Below, piece by piece: positions 26,995-35,718 of a DNA stretch of 64,000 bases (within the stretch, counting starts at the first letter, position 1; each line of letters starts with the position of its first letter). This DNA comes from Patescibacteria group bacterium (lineage in GTDB: Bacteria; Patescibacteriota; Minisyncoccia; Phycocordibacterales; SBAW01). A model generated the notes under the pieces. That model worked only from the letters and a program-made list of their open reading frames with translations, was not told the DNA's origin and searched no databases. Location of the stretch: contig JAIEMM010000002.1 in the NCBI GenBank assembly GCA_019752125.1, forward strand, positions 67,062 to 131,061, read 5' to 3'. A program made the position numbers and the translations under genes.

Positions 26995-27903
26995 CTAGTT
27001 TTTGCTGTTTTGACAATTTTTAAAAATGAAGCAAAATGTTTTTTCTTGAGCGAAAGCCACACTTGCAGGCTTTCCCTTCTCTACTATTACTACTGAATTG
27101 ATGCCCAAAGATCCAAAGAACGCGAACCCAAAAAAGATAGCTGCCACTACGGTGACTGAAGCTACCGCAAATCCTGTCTTCCATATACTTCTTTTAGGGC
27201 GCAAGATTGGCTGTGCTGTGTGTGCTGGTTTGGCTATTTGAGCCACTACATACTCATCTTTTCTTACCTCTGCTGCTGGTTTTGTCCTTTTCTGTATTGC
27301 TGGAAACAAAGGGCTGTTGTCAGGGATGTACGTAAGGGATGTTTTAAATGGAACCTTCTTTTCTGCAATTACTGGTTTTGCAAAACCTTCAGCAACAAAA
27401 GCTGCTTCAGAAACAAGCTTCCCGGAACGCGGAGAATTCTCTGCTAAGAATTCTCCTACGTACGGCACCGTCGTGCCTCCCTGCATTCCGGCTAAACTTA
27501 TTTCTTTAGCAGCTTCGACAGCTGGTGTCACGGTAGACTCTACTTGCGCAACCACGACGGGTGCAGATGCCGAAACAGGAACTTCTTGAGAAAAAGTCTG
27601 GCGCAAGGTTTCCGAAGGAAACCGAGGACCCCCGAGGACTTTCTCGAAAGAAGGTTCCTGTGTAGGTTCAGTCTTTTCCGGTGAGTTTGTATTCTGCGCA
27701 GGTGTCGCCAAGCTCTGACCTCTCTCCTTGCCGAGATACTCGGCAAAAGAAGCTTCATCTACATACCACGCACGACCTACTTTAGTACCAGAAACTCGGC
27801 CAGCTCGGATAAGCTGTCCTACGTAGTCTGGGTGATACTTATTTTCTTTAGCAATACGCTTAGCCGAGATGTATCGCTTTCCCGAGATTTCTAATTCATC
27901 CAT
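26995..27903 (-). CDS. Membrane protein with an N-terminal excisionase-like HTH module (paralogous to the giant protein N-terminus), a low-complexity region and a C-terminal TM segment
   Basis: ISAKRIAKENKYHPDYVGQLIRAGRVSGTKVGRAWYVDEASF matches the HTH module of the giant protein. TM helix FAVASVTVVAAIFFGFAFFGSLG lies near the C-terminus. Confidence 0.6.
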   Translation of the reverse strand: MDELEISGKRYISAKRIAKENKYHPDYVGQLIRAGRVSGTKVGRAWYVDEASFAEYLGKERGQSLATPAQNTNSPEKTEPTQEPSFEKVLGGPRFPSETLRQTFSQEVPVSASAPVVVAQVESTVTPAVEAAKEISLAGMQGGTTVPYVGEFLAENSPRSGKLVSEAAFVAEGFAKPVIAEKKVPFKTSLTYIPDNSPLFPAIQKRTKPAAEVRKDEYVVAQIAKPAHTAQPILRPKRSIWKTGFAVASVTVVAAIFFGFAFFGSLGINSVVIVEKGKPASVAFAQEKTFCFIFKNCQNSKN

Positions 27904-27926
27904 ACACAGCAGTATATCTCGGTAAC

Positions 27927-27947
27927 GAAAACCCCCACTTGGCGGGG
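27927..27947 (-). terminator. Candidate terminator after gatB
   Basis: Stem ACCCCC/GGGGGT with a 7-nt loop. On the minus strand it is followed by TTTTCGTT, immediately before the next gene start. Confidence 0.4.
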
Positions 27948-27971
27948 GTGTGCAAAAGTCCGTTTTATCGT

Positions 27972-29336
27972 CTATTGGAGCGCTTTCTTAAATTCCTCGG
28001 CAAGCGCTGCAGGGTTTGCTGAACCCTTACTTTCCTTCATTCCCTGTCCTACAAGGAACTGGAGAGAAGCGGCCTTCCCTGCCTTGTAGTCCGCAACTAC
28101 TGCCGGCTGAGCTTCGATAATTTTCTGAACAAGAACGGGTAGTGCCGCGTTATCGATCGCAGCAACTATCTTGCCAGTAAGGATCGCTTGCTTTGCCTGA
28201 GGTGACGCCATGGTGCCATCGGCATACTTTCGTACAACTTCAGAGAGGAACACGGCCTCTGGAATGGCCCAGGACGCATCTTTCTTCAGCTGCCCAGCAA
28301 TATCATTAAGAATAAAATTTGCAGCAATTTTTATCATCTCAGGAGAGTCGAGCTCTTTTTCCATCTCGCCAAACAATGCGGCAAGTTTCGCGTCCCCCAC
28401 CAACTGCTCTATGTCTTGGCTCTGCAAGAAACCGAGCGCAGTGAGACGTTCTCGTTTCTCCGAAGGTATCTCGGGTAGAGATGCACGGAGTGTTTCTGCC
28501 GAAAGTTCCGATATCTCGGATAGACGAAGCTTAGGGAGATCTGGGTCTGGGAAGTAGCGGTAGTCGTGGCTCGATTCTTTTTTACGCTGAGAGAATGTGC
28601 TCTGCGTATTCTCGTTCCAACCGCGTGTTTCCTGTACTAAGGTGCCGCCTTTTTCAAGCACCTCTATATGGCGCGCAACTTCGTATGCGATAGCTCGCTC
28701 AACCGAGCGGAATGAGTTAAGATTTTTGACTTCAACTTTTGTGCCAAGCGTGTCGTCGCGACTAACAGAAATATTAGCTTCCACACGCATCTCGCCCTTC
28801 TCCATATTTGCCTCCCCTGCTCCAAGGTAGCGGAGCAACAGCTGAAGTTCCCGTGCAAAATTACCTGCATCTTCTGCGGTATGGATGACAGGTTCTGTAA
28901 CAAGTTCCATCAATGGAACACCTGCGCGGTTGTAGTCGATGAGACTGTGATCTCCCTCGTGTTGCGAGCGAGCTGTATCTTCCTCGAGATGAATACGAGT
29001 TATCTGAACGTTACGAAGTGACCCACCACTTACAAGTGGAAACGCAAACTGGCTTAATTGGTAGCCCTTAGGAATGTCTGGGTAAAAATAACTTTTACGG
29101 TCAAACTCTGTATAGTCTGCGAGCTTCGAGCCAAGCGCGAGGCCCATCCTAAGTACATGTCGCACGGCCTCTTTGTTTATCACAGGAAGCGAGCCTGGGT
29201 GCGCCATACATACAGGGCAAACATTTACGTTTGGGCGCTTTTCATCAGCGTCGTTGAGACACGCGCAAAACATCTTCGTGCGCGTGTTGAGTTCAGCATG
29301 GATTTCAAGCCCTATGGTTGGGCGGTATTCTGCCAT
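27972..29336 (-). CDS. gatB: Aspartyl/glutamyl-tRNA(Asn/Gln) amidotransferase subunit B
   Basis: N-terminal PTIGLEIHAELNT..., Zn-binding-like CPVCMAHPG and a C-terminal GatB/YqeY domain. Length 454 aa. Confidence 0.9.
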   Translation of the reverse strand: MAEYRPTIGLEIHAELNTRTKMFCACLNDADEKRPNVNVCPVCMAHPGSLPVINKEAVRHVLRMGLALGSKLADYTEFDRKSYFYPDIPKGYQLSQFAFPLVSGGSLRNVQITRIHLEEDTARSQHEGDHSLIDYNRAGVPLMELVTEPVIHTAEDAGNFARELQLLLRYLGAGEANMEKGEMRVEANISVSRDDTLGTKVEVKNLNSFRSVERAIAYEVARHIEVLEKGGTLVQETRGWNENTQSTFSQRKKESSHDYRYFPDPDLPKLRLSEISELSAETLRASLPEIPSEKRERLTALGFLQSQDIEQLVGDAKLAALFGEMEKELDSPEMIKIAANFILNDIAGQLKKDASWAIPEAVFLSEVVRKYADGTMASPQAKQAILTGKIVAAIDNAALPVLVQKIIEAQPAVVADYKAGKAASLQFLVGQGMKESKGSANPAALAEEFKKALQ

Positions 29337-29348
29337 AACCCTTATATA

Positions 29349-30317
29349 CTACCGCAAAGCAGCAATAAGTGTATCTCGAAGATTCTTAACTGATTCATCA
29401 TCCAGGACAGAGACAAGGACCGTCCTCTTCCCCTCTTTTGCAAATAAGCCTTGTATTTTTTGTATATATTCAGAATCTCGGGTATCCGACTTCGTCAGTA
29501 CGATAATTTCATCCTTCTGTGACAGAACACCACCCTCAAATGCGCCGAGTTCCCCGCGGATAAGTGCGTAGTCTTCCATCGGAGTATCGGACTCGAGTGA
29601 CACACAGTGCATTAAAAACCGTGTACGCGAGATATGACGGAGGAAACGAGAACCGAGCCCCTTCCCCTCTGACGCACCCTCGATAATTCCTGGAATATCG
29701 GCAAGTACAAATCCGTACAAAGCGCCCAAGTTAGGGTCGAGCGTAGTAAAGGCATAAGAACCAACCTTAGCGGACGCTCCAGTTAATGCGTTGAGAAGTG
29801 ATGACTTCCCCGCGTTCGGCAAGCCTACCAGCCCAGCATCTGCAATAAGGCGCAGCTCGATGCGCAGCTGAGCAGTTTCGCCTCGCGCGCCTGGCGTACA
29901 TTCCATTGGGCTCTGATTCACAGACGACTTGAAGGCGGTATTCCCCGCTCCACCACGACCGCCCTTGAGCACGAGTATCGGCTTATCTTCCTCTATAAGT
30001 TCAAATTCTTCTCCGGTGCTTCCGTTACGGACGATAGAACCTACAGGCAAATCTAGCGTAAAATCTTTTCCTCCCCGACCGCCTCTATTTTGATTTTCTC
30101 CATCCTTTCCATCTTCCGCCTGGAATTTTTTCTCTCCACGATAGCGAGCAAGCAGGTTGATATCTCGTACGCCACGGATATAGAAATCTCCACCATTACC
30201 ACCATTACCACCAGAGGGCCCAGAATATTCTTTGCCTTTTTCGTGCAACCAACGCACGACGCCATCCCCGCCATTGCCAGCGCGCGCGGCTATTGTCATT
30301 TCATCAATAAATGCCAT
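29349..30317 (-). CDS. obg: GTPase Obg/CgtA
   Basis: Glycine-rich Obg fold N-domain (GNGGNGGD, GGRGGAGN) and G1 motif GLPNAGKSSL. Confidence 0.9.
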   Translation of the reverse strand: MAFIDEMTIAARAGNGGDGVVRWLHEKGKEYSGPSGGNGGNGGDFYIRGVRDINLLARYRGEKKFQAEDGKDGENQNRGGRGGKDFTLDLPVGSIVRNGSTGEEFELIEEDKPILVLKGGRGGAGNTAFKSSVNQSPMECTPGARGETAQLRIELRLIADAGLVGLPNAGKSSLLNALTGASAKVGSYAFTTLDPNLGALYGFVLADIPGIIEGASEGKGLGSRFLRHISRTRFLMHCVSLESDTPMEDYALIRGELGAFEGGVLSQKDEIIVLTKSDTRDSEYIQKIQGLFAKEGKRTVLVSVLDDESVKNLRDTLIAALR

Positions 30318-30680
30318 TTAATGTTCGAAGTTGTGTTTCGGTTTCTTAAGCAGCATATGGAGCACCATGGAAAGAACTGAAAGTATAAGCGTTGCTTCCA
30401 AAGCTGGGATAAAGCCACTGACAATAAACCCTGGCACAAGCATTGAGAGCAGCCAGAACAACAGTGCGTTGAGTATAAAAGAGAAAAGCCCGAGGGTAAG
30501 AATGGTAATCGGCAACGTCAGCAACCCAAGCAAGGGACGAACGGTGACCCCGACAATGCCCCAGAGCAATGCGACTAAAAGTGCTGTACCGAAGCTTGGA
30601 ATGACGATACCTGGCACAAAACGTGCAATAAGTAGCAGCGCCCCCGCAGTAACAAAGATGTGAAGTAGTGTTCTCAACAT
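30318..30680 (-). CDS. Small polytopic membrane protein (DUF360/YvlD-like, phage-holin-4-like family)
   Basis: 120 aa with four predicted TM helices. Family assignment is from overall pattern only. Confidence 0.45.
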   Translation of the reverse strand: MLRTLLHIFVTAGALLLIARFVPGIVIPSFGTALLVALLWGIVGVTVRPLLGLLTLPITILTLGLFSFILNALLFWLLSMLVPGFIVSGFIPALEATLILSVLSMVLHMLLKKPKHNFEH

Positions 30681-30697
30681 ATATGCATCTTAGTGCA

Positions 30698-31435
30698 TCA
30701 CAGGTACTTGAGCAATCCATCAAACCCAAATTGCATAAAGAAACCCATATATCCAAAGAGCATATAGAAACCGAACACAACGAGTATTCCTCCTGCAATT
30801 TTTGAAAGAAGCTCAACACTCCCCCTCATCTTCGCAAACCACTTTCCTGCGCTACCGATAAGAAATGCGGTGACCATAAACGGAAGTGTGAGTCCGAGTG
30901 AAAATACAAAAAGAAGTAGCGCACCTTGCGCAGCAGTTGAAGAACTTGATGCAAACAGCAGTACCGTTCCGAGTATGGGACCGACGCAAGGAGTCCATCC
31001 GAGCGCAAACAACATGCCTATAAGAAAAGAGCTTTCCGGTCGGCCGACGACAATAAAATGTGGCGTTCGTATACGACGCTCCGACATAAGAACAGGAATT
31101 TTAATAAGCCCGAGCATTGTCAGACCAAAGACAATAATAATTACACCAGCACCCTGGCTAATAAGCCCGCGCCAGGCCCCGAGCACTCCTCCAATACTTG
31201 CAGCAAACAATCCGAGCACTATAAACACCAGCGAGAAACCCACGCAGAACGCCAGCGCGTTGCGCATAACGCGGCGCTTTGCCTCACTAAAACCAGTTTT
31301 TGAAATTTCCTTCTCAGGCACTCCTGCAATAAATGCTAAGTAGCCAGGCACTATAGGCAGCGTGCACGGAGCGAGAAACATCAGTACTCCAGCAACGAAC
31401 ACTGCAGGAATCAGTGTAACCATGTCAGGCGTCAT
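30698..31435 (-). CDS. ccdA: Cytochrome c-type biogenesis / thiol-disulfide transporter CcdA (DsbD family)
   Basis: Six-TM DsbD-core topology with cysteines in TM1 (LAPCTLP) and TM4 (WTPCVGP). Confidence 0.72.
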   Translation of the reverse strand: MTPDMVTLIPAVFVAGVLMFLAPCTLPIVPGYLAFIAGVPEKEISKTGFSEAKRRVMRNALAFCVGFSLVFIVLGLFAASIGGVLGAWRGLISQGAGVIIIVFGLTMLGLIKIPVLMSERRIRTPHFIVVGRPESSFLIGMLFALGWTPCVGPILGTVLLFASSSSTAAQGALLLFVFSLGLTLPFMVTAFLIGSAGKWFAKMRGSVELLSKIAGGILVVFGFYMLFGYMGFFMQFGFDGLLKYL

Positions 31436-31848
31436 TGCTCTAGTATAGACCGAACTGAATTCAAAAACTCTTTGTCTTTTGGATGTGTAAGCAATTCGTA
31501 CGCTTCATCCAGCGTGGCCCAACGGACGCCAACTATTTCACCATCTTGAGGTCGCACTGCCGTCTGCGTAGTTGTAAAGAAAAATAATGTACGCGTATAT
31601 TCAGGCTCATCCAGCACTTCCCCCAGACCACCCTTACCTATACGTCGTCGTTTGTAGCTACCAAGAAGTTGTATGAGTGTGAGGTCAGTAATACCCGTTT
31701 CTTCTTCAATTTCTCGAATCGCTGCTTGGAGAGCGTCCTCCCCCATTTCAACGCCCCCTTTAGGGAATGACCAAACATTACTACCCTGATTCACGAGCAC
31801 AATACGGCCATCTGGACCTTTGATAATTCCTCCGGCAGATTCTCTCAT
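31432..31848 (-). CDS. NUDIX hydrolase
   Basis: Canonical Nudix box GGVEMGEDALQAAIREIEEETGI. Confidence 0.82.
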   Translation of the reverse strand: MRESAGGIIKGPDGRIVLVNQGSNVWSFPKGGVEMGEDALQAAIREIEEETGITDLTLIQLLGSYKRRRIGKGGLGEVLDEPEYTRTLFFFTTTQTAVRPQDGEIVGVRWATLDEAYELLTHPKDKEFLNSVRSILEQ

Positions 31849-31850
31849 AG

Positions 31851-34382
31851 CTATTCAACAATCTTCCACCCTTGGCTTAGCAATTGTTCTGCTTTTTTGA
31901 ATTTCATTTCGCGAGTCTCAACCCCATTAGTGATGGTAATTTTATCATTACGGCCGGTTGAGCGGACGATGGCGTCGGTTGCGGAGCCGAAGACCGACGC
32001 AGAGGTGTTGTCACCCGCTTGTAGATTTATAGTAGGAATTTCAGCAGGTGCAGGTTGCATTGCCTGTGCCGTAAGTCCATCAAGGATCTGGAATACGCGG
32101 TCTGCAAGCATATATTCCAACTCTTTATACATACGCGTGCCCTCTTTGCGGTACTCGGTAAGCGGGTCGCGTTGGCCGTAGGCGCGCAAGTTTACGCTGC
32201 CGCGTAGATACTCCATAGACTCCAAGTGCTCCATCCATAGCATGTCTATTGTCTGCAGAATGACGGTACGCGCAGCACCTAAAAACGCCTCACGGCCAAA
32301 CTCTATTTCTTTTTTCAAAACAATCTCTGCAGCTCCATCTAATTTTCCAGAAGGGTTTGAAGGGTCTGTCGCGAGTTCTGTAAGCACATCCTCTACATCA
32401 TCAAGAGTGCCAACCAACACCTTGCGGCGGCGATCGTAGACTGCCTTGCGCTGCCTGTCGAGCACGTTGTCAAACTCAAGCACATGTTTACGTGAATCAA
32501 AGTTAAACCCTTCTATTTTTGTCTGCGCACTTTCAAGCGCGCGCGTCACCATTGAGTTCTCTATAGGCTCATCTTCGGCTATACCAAAGCGGCCCATCAG
32601 TCCTTTAATGGAGTCAGGTGCAAAGACACGCATAAGGCTGTCTTCCAGAGAGACGAAAAATTGTGTCTCGCCCGGGTCACCCTGGCGACCGGAGCGGCCA
32701 CGCAGCTGGTTGTCGATACGGCGAGCTTCATGACGCTCGGTGCCAATAACGAAGAGTCCCCCAAGGGCTTTTACCTCGTCCGCATGCGTAGAATGTCCGC
32801 CAGCGCCACCCAACTTAATGTCGACGCCACGGCCTGCCATGTTTGTTGCAACAGTTACCTTCCCTTTCTCACCAGCTGACGCAACAATCTCGCCTTCACG
32901 TTCATGATTTTTGGCGTTCAATATTTCATGCGGAATACCCTCCTGTTTCAAATATGCAGAAAGTAACTCATTTTTCTCAATCGAGACAGTGCCTACAAGC
33001 ACTGGTTGGCCCTTTTTGTGGAGCTCTTTTACTTTTCGTGCGAGCGCCTTAAATTTGCCGTTCTCCGTCTGGAAAATCTGATCGTTACGGTCTACGCGCA
33101 CAACTGCTTTATTCGTTGGTATTTCAACCACCTCAAGTCCGTACACTTTATAGAATTCTTCTGAGGAGGTCTTTGCAGTACCTGTCATACCTGCAAGTTT
33201 GTCGTAGAGACGGAAGTAGTTCTGGTATGTGATGGATGCATAGGTGCGTGACTCTTTCTGTACGGGCACACCTTCTTTAGCTTCTATAGCTTGGTGCAGA
33301 CCTTCAGACCATCTGCGGCCTGGCTGCATACGGCCCGTAAATTCATCGACAATAATTATTTCACCATCTTTAGCAACATAGTGCTTATCTTTGTGGAAGA
33401 GCGCTTTTGCACGCACCGCTGTTTCCAGATGGTGCACGTATTTGATTCCCTTTTCTGTATATATATTTTCTACACCGAGCAACTTCTCTGCATGCTCAAT
33501 ACCGGCATCGGTAAGCTGGATAGCTTTTTGTTTTTCATCAACGGTATAGTCGGTTTCTGGATTGAGTTTTGTGGAAAGCTCCGCAAAGACTCTATACAGA
33601 TCTTCCGACTCAGCAGCAGGTGCTGAGATAATAAGGGGCGTACGGGCTTCATCAATCAAAATGGAGTCGATTTCGTCAACAATTGCAAAGTAGTGGCCTC
33701 GCTGACGTACCTCATTGGAGCTGTATGCAATATTGTCACGCAGATAATCAAAGCCGTATTCACTATTCGTACCGTAGGTTATGTCAGCCTCGTACGCTTC
33801 GCGACGGGAACATGGGCGCAGGAATTCATAAAATACGCGAAAGCTCCCCTCTTCATCGCGTATCGCATCATTTTCTGAATGCGCTCCGTCGTATATATAC
33901 GATTCATTATTATTGATGACACCAACAGAAAGTCCGAGTGCGGCATATACTTGCCCCATCCATACAGCATCGCGCCGTGCGAGATAGTCGTTCACCGTAA
34001 CAACGTGCACACCTAAACCAGGTAGTGCATTTAAATATGCAGGCAATGTTGCAACCAAGGTCTTACCTTCTCCTGTTCGCATCTCTGCAATACCACGTTT
34101 GTGCATAATGATGCCACCCACAAGCTGGACATCAAATGGACGCAAGTGGAGCGTGCGGCGCGCGCTCTCACGAACAGCAGCGAAGGCTTCAGGGAGAAGT
34201 GAGTCAAGCGTTTCTCCCTCTTTCAAGCGCTGACGGAACTCAAGCGTTTTTTCTTTTAGTGCCTCATTAGAAAGAGCCTGGAATTCAGGTTCAAAAGCAG
34301 CCACAGCTGCAATGGTCTTAGCATTATCCTTGAGAACACGAGACCCTCCACCAAAGAGATTTTTGAGCGAAATCATGGGCAA
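31851..34382 (-). CDS. secA: Preprotein translocase ATPase SecA. The called start is TTG at 34380-82, and the ATG six nt downstream (MISLKNLF...) is an alternative
   Basis: DEAD-motor Walker A MRTGEGKT, preprotein-binding and helical scaffold domains. Length 843 aa. Confidence 0.95.
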   Translation of the reverse strand: MPMISLKNLFGGGSRVLKDNAKTIAAVAAFEPEFQALSNEALKEKTLEFRQRLKEGETLDSLLPEAFAAVRESARRTLHLRPFDVQLVGGIIMHKRGIAEMRTGEGKTLVATLPAYLNALPGLGVHVVTVNDYLARRDAVWMGQVYAALGLSVGVINNNESYIYDGAHSENDAIRDEEGSFRVFYEFLRPCSRREAYEADITYGTNSEYGFDYLRDNIAYSSNEVRQRGHYFAIVDEIDSILIDEARTPLIISAPAAESEDLYRVFAELSTKLNPETDYTVDEKQKAIQLTDAGIEHAEKLLGVENIYTEKGIKYVHHLETAVRAKALFHKDKHYVAKDGEIIIVDEFTGRMQPGRRWSEGLHQAIEAKEGVPVQKESRTYASITYQNYFRLYDKLAGMTGTAKTSSEEFYKVYGLEVVEIPTNKAVVRVDRNDQIFQTENGKFKALARKVKELHKKGQPVLVGTVSIEKNELLSAYLKQEGIPHEILNAKNHEREGEIVASAGEKGKVTVATNMAGRGVDIKLGGAGGHSTHADEVKALGGLFVIGTERHEARRIDNQLRGRSGRQGDPGETQFFVSLEDSLMRVFAPDSIKGLMGRFGIAEDEPIENSMVTRALESAQTKIEGFNFDSRKHVLEFDNVLDRQRKAVYDRRRKVLVGTLDDVEDVLTELATDPSNPSGKLDGAAEIVLKKEIEFGREAFLGAARTVILQTIDMLWMEHLESMEYLRGSVNLRAYGQRDPLTEYRKEGTRMYKELEYMLADRVFQILDGLTAQAMQPAPAEIPTINLQAGDNTSASVFGSATDAIVRSTGRNDKITITNGVETREMKFKKAEQLLSQGWKIVE

Positions 34383-34402
34383 AGATTACCATAAATATGT
34401 AG

Positions 34403-34433
34403 AAAAATCCCCCGCCAGCGGCGAGGGATTTTT
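34403..34433 (-). terminator. Strong terminator-like hairpin 25-55 nt upstream of the secA start, with bidirectional potential
   Basis: AAAAATCCCTCGCC-(gct)-GGCGGGGGATTTTT forms a 13-14 bp GC-rich stem flanked by an A-run and a T-run. Confidence 0.45.
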
Positions 34434-34707
34434 CTTTCGAGAGGATATCCTTTAATCGAATATTAAAGGAGAGAGCGACTATGCGCGCTTCTTCTTCTTT
34501 GCTGCTTTCTTTTTCTTTGCCATTGTAGTAGCGATCTGATCGCAAAATTTTTATGACATCGACCGACCTTGTGTAAAGTTTGTCCGCGGACAATTCAATA
34601 CACAATCTCGATGCTCTACCAATCAGTATCGAGTAAATAAGTTATAGATACAATGAAATTAATCTTCGCAGTGTGGATAACTTTATTTTTTAAATAAAAA
34701 ATAATTT

Positions 34708-35715
34708 CTATAAAATTTTTACTTCTGGTTCAATTTTTATTTTCAACTCGTCAAAAACTTTTTTTTGTACAACATGTACAAGTTCTTTTACGTCCTGCGC
34801 AGAAGTTCCGCGCGTAGCAGCAACAACGAGTGCTTGTTTTTCAAACAAGCGTGCACCATTAACTGCATACCCTTTGAGATGCAGTGCATTATCAAGGAGC
34901 CAGGCCAAAGGTACTTTTACCCCCTCCGTTTCCGGCATGGAAAATAAAGGCATGTCAGGATATTTTTCTTTAAGAACCTCCGCATCGGCGCGCGACATAA
35001 TAGGGTTTTTAAAGAAAGAGCCTGCTGTTCCTAGGACTGAAAGGTCAGGGAATTTTCTATTGCGGATGGACAATATTTCACCACGAATTTCCTGCAATGT
35101 TGGTGTCTGACCCCCTGATGCAAAGCGCGCTTGCAGATCTTTGTAAGAAATATTTGGCGCAGGCGTAGAAGAAAGTCTAAGCGTTGCGGCAAGTACAACA
35201 TATCTTCCCTCCTCTTCTTTAAAGATGCTTCCTCGATATCCAAAAGCACACTCCTGTGCTGAAAGCATTTTTACTTGGTTGTTTTTCGTATCATACACAG
35301 CCACCAACGTCAGCACTTGTGAAAGCGCTGCTCCATAGGCACCTATATTTTGAACTACGGCCCCACCAAGAGTGCCTGGAATACCGGAAAGATTTTCTAT
35401 CCCCCACAAACCACGATCGACACAGAAAGCGACTAGTTCGTCCCAGTTCTCACCCGCCGATGCAGCCACACTAGTTCCATCAACAGTGATCCCGTTTTTG
35501 ATTTCAATTTTTATCACTAACCCATCGAACCCTTCATCTGGGATAAGCATGTTTGATCCTCCGCCCAAAATGAGGGTGGCTAGTTTTTTGTCCCGAGCGA
35601 AGTCGAGAGATTCTACAAGTTCAGCTACAGTTTTTACAACAACAAAATATCGCGCCAGCCCCCCTATCTTAAATGTCGTATAGGGTGCGAGCGCGATATT
35701 TTCTTGGAATTCCAT
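34708..35715 (-). CDS. murB: UDP-N-acetylenolpyruvoylglucosamine reductase
   Basis: FAD-binding domain (LILGGGSNML, GIENLSGIPGTLGGAVVQNIGAYG) plus the MurB C-terminal domain. Confidence 0.85.
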   Translation of the reverse strand: MEFQENIALAPYTTFKIGGLARYFVVVKTVAELVESLDFARDKKLATLILGGGSNMLIPDEGFDGLVIKIEIKNGITVDGTSVAASAGENWDELVAFCVDRGLWGIENLSGIPGTLGGAVVQNIGAYGAALSQVLTLVAVYDTKNNQVKMLSAQECAFGYRGSIFKEEEGRYVVLAATLRLSSTPAPNISYKDLQARFASGGQTPTLQEIRGEILSIRNRKFPDLSVLGTAGSFFKNPIMSRADAEVLKEKYPDMPLFSMPETEGVKVPLAWLLDNALHLKGYAVNGARLFEKQALVVAATRGTSAQDVKELVHVVQKKVFDELKIKIEPEVKIL

Positions 35716-35718
35716 GGA

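Noticed and set aside
34481-34528. Plus-strand mini-ORF MRASSSLLLSFSLPL preceded by AAAGGAGAG
   Set aside because: It is the antisense of the lysine uORF. Its apparent SD is the 3' arm of the palindromic hairpin, and there is no plus-strand gene downstream. It is most likely coincidental.
34324-34605. 93-aa minus-strand track ORF overlapping the secA start
   Set aside because: It overlaps the secA 5' end out of frame and spans the two hairpins. It is better explained as non-coding leader. The 14-codon lysine uORF within it is reported separately as a finding.
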